A stretch of 64,000 bases of DNA, from the NCBI GenBank assembly GCA_963749075.1, contig CAVVLJ010000004.1:288001-352000 (forward strand), read 5' to 3'. Each line of letters opens with the position of its first letter. Positions within the stretch are counted from its first letter, which is position 1. The notes below the pieces were generated by a model that saw only the letters and a list, made by a program, of their open reading frames with translations, did no database searches and was not told the origin of the DNA. Below are positions 61,116 to 64,000 of this stretch, piece by piece. The DNA is from an uncultured Pseudomonadota bacterium. GTDB lineage: Bacteria; Pseudomonadota; Alphaproteobacteria; JACZXZ01. A program made the position numbers and the translations under genes.

Positions 61116-61904
61116 ATGGAAACGCTCGCCCTCAAGCTCATCTTAACACCCGTCCTCGTGGGCGGCGCCAGCCTGGCGGGCCGGCGCTGGGGGCAGGCGA
61201 TCGGCGGCTGGCTCGTCGGCATGCCCTTCACCGCGGGTCCGGTTGCCTTCTTCATCGCACTCGACAACGGCGGCGCTTACGCTGCCGCGTCGGCGCGCGG
61301 CTCGCTCGCCGGCGCCGTCGCCGAAGCGGCCTTCACCCTCGCTTACGCCGCCGCGGCACGATACGGCACCTGGCCGCTAGCACTTTTCGCCGCCTCGCTC
61401 GCCTTTGCCGCCGCCGTGGCGGCGCTGGGCGCCTTCGCGCACGGCCTGGCGCTGACGCTCGCCCTAGCGCTCGCCGCGGTCGTGGGGGCATTGCTCATCC
61501 TCTCGAGCGGCGGGAGGGAGGCCGCGGCGGCTCCGCTCCCGCGCTGGGACCTGCCGCTCCGCATGGCGGCGGCGACCGCGGTCGTGCTGGCGCTCACCAG
61601 CGCCGTCCCCTTCCTCGGCCCGGCCTTAAGCGGCATCCTCGCCACCTACCCCGTGATCGCCGGCATCCTCACCGTCTTCGCCCACCGCCGCCAGGGTGCG
61701 GCGGCCGCCGTCGCGGTGCTGCGCGGCCTGCTCTACGGCCTCTTCGGCTTCATGGGTTTCTTCGTCGTCCTCGCCCTCCTCGTCGAGCGCGCGGGCACCG
61801 CGGCCGCTTTCGCGGCGGCGATGGTGGTCTCGCTCGCCCTCCAGGGCGCCTCGCTCCTCCTCGTGCGGCGCGAGCGCTTCAGCCCTTCGGATAGAGCCGC
61901 GTGA
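61116..61904 (+). CDS. Conserved multi-pass membrane protein of unknown function
   Basis: About 8 hydrophobic segments; internal repeat (RRWG..IGG.L..MP / LGP..SG.LATYP). Confidence 0.7.
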   Translation: METLALKLILTPVLVGGASLAGRRWGQAIGGWLVGMPFTAGPVAFFIALDNGGAYAAASARGSLAGAVAEAAFTLAYAAAARYGTWPLALFAASLAFAAAVAALGAFAHGLALTLALALAAVVGALLILSSGGREAAAAPLPRWDLPLRMAAATAVVLALTSAVPFLGPALSGILATYPVIAGILTVFAHRRQGAAAAVAVLRGLLYGLFGFMGFFVVLALLVERAGTAAAFAAAMVVSLALQGASLLLVRRERFSPSDRAA

Positions 61905-62991
61905 CGTGGCCCATCTTGCGCCCGGGCTCCACCCGGGCCTTGCCGTAAAGATGCAGCTTGGCCTCGGGGTCCTCCAGGATGGCCAGCCAATCGTCGGCGG
62001 CGTGGCCGAGCAGGTTCTTCATGACCGCGTTCGCGTGACGCTCGGCCGAGCCGAGCGGCAGTCCGGCTATGGCGCGCACGAGCTGCTCGAACTGGCTCGT
62101 GATGCAGGCATCGATGGTCCAGTGCCCGGAGTTGTGCGGGCGGGGTGCCAGCTCGTTGACGAGGAGCCGCCCGTCGCGCGTGACGAAGAGCTCGACGGCG
62201 AGGAGGCCGGTCAGTTGAAGCGCCTCGGCGATGCGGCCTGCCAGCGCCGCCGCCTCGTCGAGCAGGCGCCTCTCGATGCGCGCCGGTGCGATGGTGGTGT
62301 CGAGGATGTGGTTGACGTGGCGGTTCTCGACCGCATCGTAGCTCGCGAGCGTGCCGTCCACGCCGCGCGCCACGATCACCGAGACCTCGCAACTGAAGTC
62401 GACGAAGGCCTCGAGGATGCCGCGCTCGGCACCCATCGCCGCCCAGGCGTCCGCCAGCGCCGTGCCGGGCCGGATCGCCACCTGGCCCTTGCCGTCATAG
62501 CCGAACATGGCGCGCTTGAGCACCGCCGGGCGGCCGAGCTCGCGGACGGCAGGGGCAAGCTCCTCGAGGCTCTCGACCTCGCGGTAGTCCACGGTGGGTG
62601 CTCCGATGCTCCGCAAGAAGTCCTTCTCGCGCTGGCGGTCTTGCGCTGTGTGGAGCGCCTTCCAGCCGGGCCGCACCGGCCGCTTGGCGGCGAGCCGCTC
62701 GACCGTCGCGGCCGGCACGTTCTCGAACTCGAAGGTAACGACGTCGACCGCCTCGGCAAAGGCATCGAGCGCCGCCGCGTCCTCGTAAGGGGCGATGGTG
62801 CGCGCGGCCGCCACCTGGAGCGCCGGCTCGTCCTCGCCCGTGCAATAGATGTGGCACTTGTAGCCGAGGCGGGCCGCCGCCAGCGCCGTCATGCGGCCGA
62901 GCTGGCCGCCGCCCAGGATGCCGATGGCGCTGCCGGGCGAGAGCGGCGCCTCGGCGGTGGCCGCCGCGGCCATGGGCGCGTCGGGACTCAT
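61879..62991 (-). CDS. purK: N5-carboxyaminoimidazole ribonucleotide synthase
   Basis: GILGGGQLGRM, TFEFEN, GYDGKGQ, NELAPRPHNSGH, GRKMGH. Confidence 0.96.
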   Translation of the reverse strand: MSPDAPMAAAATAEAPLSPGSAIGILGGGQLGRMTALAAARLGYKCHIYCTGEDEPALQVAAARTIAPYEDAAALDAFAEAVDVVTFEFENVPAATVERLAAKRPVRPGWKALHTAQDRQREKDFLRSIGAPTVDYREVESLEELAPAVRELGRPAVLKRAMFGYDGKGQVAIRPGTALADAWAAMGAERGILEAFVDFSCEVSVIVARGVDGTLASYDAVENRHVNHILDTTIAPARIERRLLDEAAALAGRIAEALQLTGLLAVELFVTRDGRLLVNELAPRPHNSGHWTIDACITSQFEQLVRAIAGLPLGSAERHANAVMKNLLGHAADDWLAILEDPEAKLHLYGKARVEPGRKMGHVTRLYPKG

Positions 62992-63040
62992 GCCTCGGGA
63001 CTCATGCTTCGGGACTCATGCTGCGGGACTCATGCTTCGG
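62982..63040. repeat. 14-bp tandem repeat x4 (CGGGACTCATGCnn) at the purE-purK junction
   Basis: Units start at 62982, 62996, 63010 and 63024; each contains ATGA on the minus strand. Confidence 0.95.
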
Positions 63041-63599
63041 CTGGGCGCTCCTCGACCGCCGCCGTCTGCCGCGCGCGGTAGGCCTCGAGCGCCGCCGCGA
63101 GCGCCGGGTCGGCGAGGGCCAGCATGGCGGTGGCAAGGAGTGCCGCGTTCACCGCACCGGCCTTGCCGATGGCGAGCGTGCCGACCGGAATGCCGGCCGG
63201 CATCTGCACGATCGAGAGCAGACTGTCGAGTCCGGATAGCGCCTTGCTCTCGACCGGCACGCCGAGCACCGGCAGCGCCGTGAGCGCCGCGGTCATGCCC
63301 GGAAGGTGGGCGGCACCGCCGGCGCCGGCGATGATCACCTTGATGCCGCGCGCCTTGGCGCTCTCGGCGTAAGCATAGAGCCGCTTGGGCGTGCGGTGGG
63401 CGGAGACGATGCGCGTCTCGTGGGCGACGCCGAGCGCCGTCAGCGTCACGGCCGCGTGGCGCATGGTCTCCCAATCCGATTGGCTGCCCATGACGATGCC
63501 GACCTTTGGGCCAACCTTTGGGCCAACCTTTGGGCCGACCGCCGCGGGCGGCACCACCTCCTTGGCCGCGGAGGATGTCTTCGCTCGCCGTGGCGTCAA
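63030..63599 (-). CDS. purE: N5-carboxyaminoimidazole ribonucleotide mutase
   Basis: [41 protein letters not shown] 63599 after GGAGAGG chosen as start. Confidence 0.96.
   Translation of the reverse strand: MTPRRAKTSSAAKEVVPPAAVGPKVGPKVGPKVGIVMGSQSDWETMRHAAVTLTALGVAHETRIVSAHRTPKRLYAYAESAKARGIKVIIAGAGGAAHLPGMTAALTALPVLGVPVESKALSGLDSLLSIVQMPAGIPVGTLAIGKAGAVNAALLATAMLALADPALAAALEAYRARQTAAVEERPAEA
63502..63537. repeat. 12-bp in-frame tandem repeat x3 encoding GPKV in the purE N-terminus
   Basis: ACCTTTGGGCCR x3. Confidence 0.9.
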
Positions 63600-64000
63600 T
63601 GCCCTCTCCCCGGCTCTCTCCTCCCGCCTTCCGCCGTGAAACCGGCTCCAGCCACGGGGCGCTGCGCTCGAGAGGAGGCGCAATTATAGGGATGGGGTTG
63701 CCTCTGGCAAGGGCAGCCGCCGTCTGGCAGTACCTGAATTAGGACAAGCGCTCGCTGGCATTGGAATGCATTAAGACTTGACTTGGGGCATGGCGCTTCA
63801 AATCAAGATGGCGCCCGCCGAATTTTTCGTTAACAATTTTAGGCGGTTTTGTGCTTAATGTGTGCCCGAAAAATTGCCCGGGGGCGGCGACACGGCTCGA
63901 GCGGCGCGCAATTTGTACAAGAGCCAACCGCGCATGATGATGGTTCAAGACAAAGGCGATCAGCCGCCAGGGGACGGGGAGAATTCGTCGCCGCGCTCGG

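Noticed and set aside
62982-63040. Possible CRISPR mini-array
   Set aside because: The 14-bp units are contiguous with no spacers, and there are no cas genes.
63720-64000. AT-rich tract with TTAA motifs (possible CtrA sites, ncRNA or small ORF)
   Set aside because: There is no full TTAA-N7-TTAA match or recognisable RNA; it is probably the promoter of a gene beyond the window.

Overview
High-GC alphaproteobacterial chromosomal segment (Rhodospirillales-like gene content, inferred). Most of it is housekeeping or metabolic: uvrB, aspartate aminotransferase, panE, an EF-G paralog, hyi-glxR-glycerate kinase-pyk, sorAB, an ftsH paralog, fused IOR, pepF, pntA1A2B, alpha-2-macroglobulin-pbpC, rpsU, def and purEK. 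Embedded in it are a ModE-box-controlled divergent molybdate locus, a Family 1 encapsulin with its ferritin-like cargo followed by an LLM oxidoreductase, five toxin-antitoxin loci (two have lost or eroded their toxin), an orphan bufferin-type (DUF2282) precursor, a Tat-exported tailspike-like protein and several REP-like palindrome families. I saw no rRNA, tRNA, CRISPR array, integrase or transposase. The most unusual sequence-level features are (i) a 14-bp tandem repeat between purE and purK that forms a chain of three ATGA-coupled 5-codon mini-ORFs, (ii) a probable CTG start for rpsU, and (iii) REP elements that supply an RBS or read in frame into a gene start. Four genes each carry one extra base, probably sequencing indels. 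All family calls come from motif recognition by eye, not database searches.
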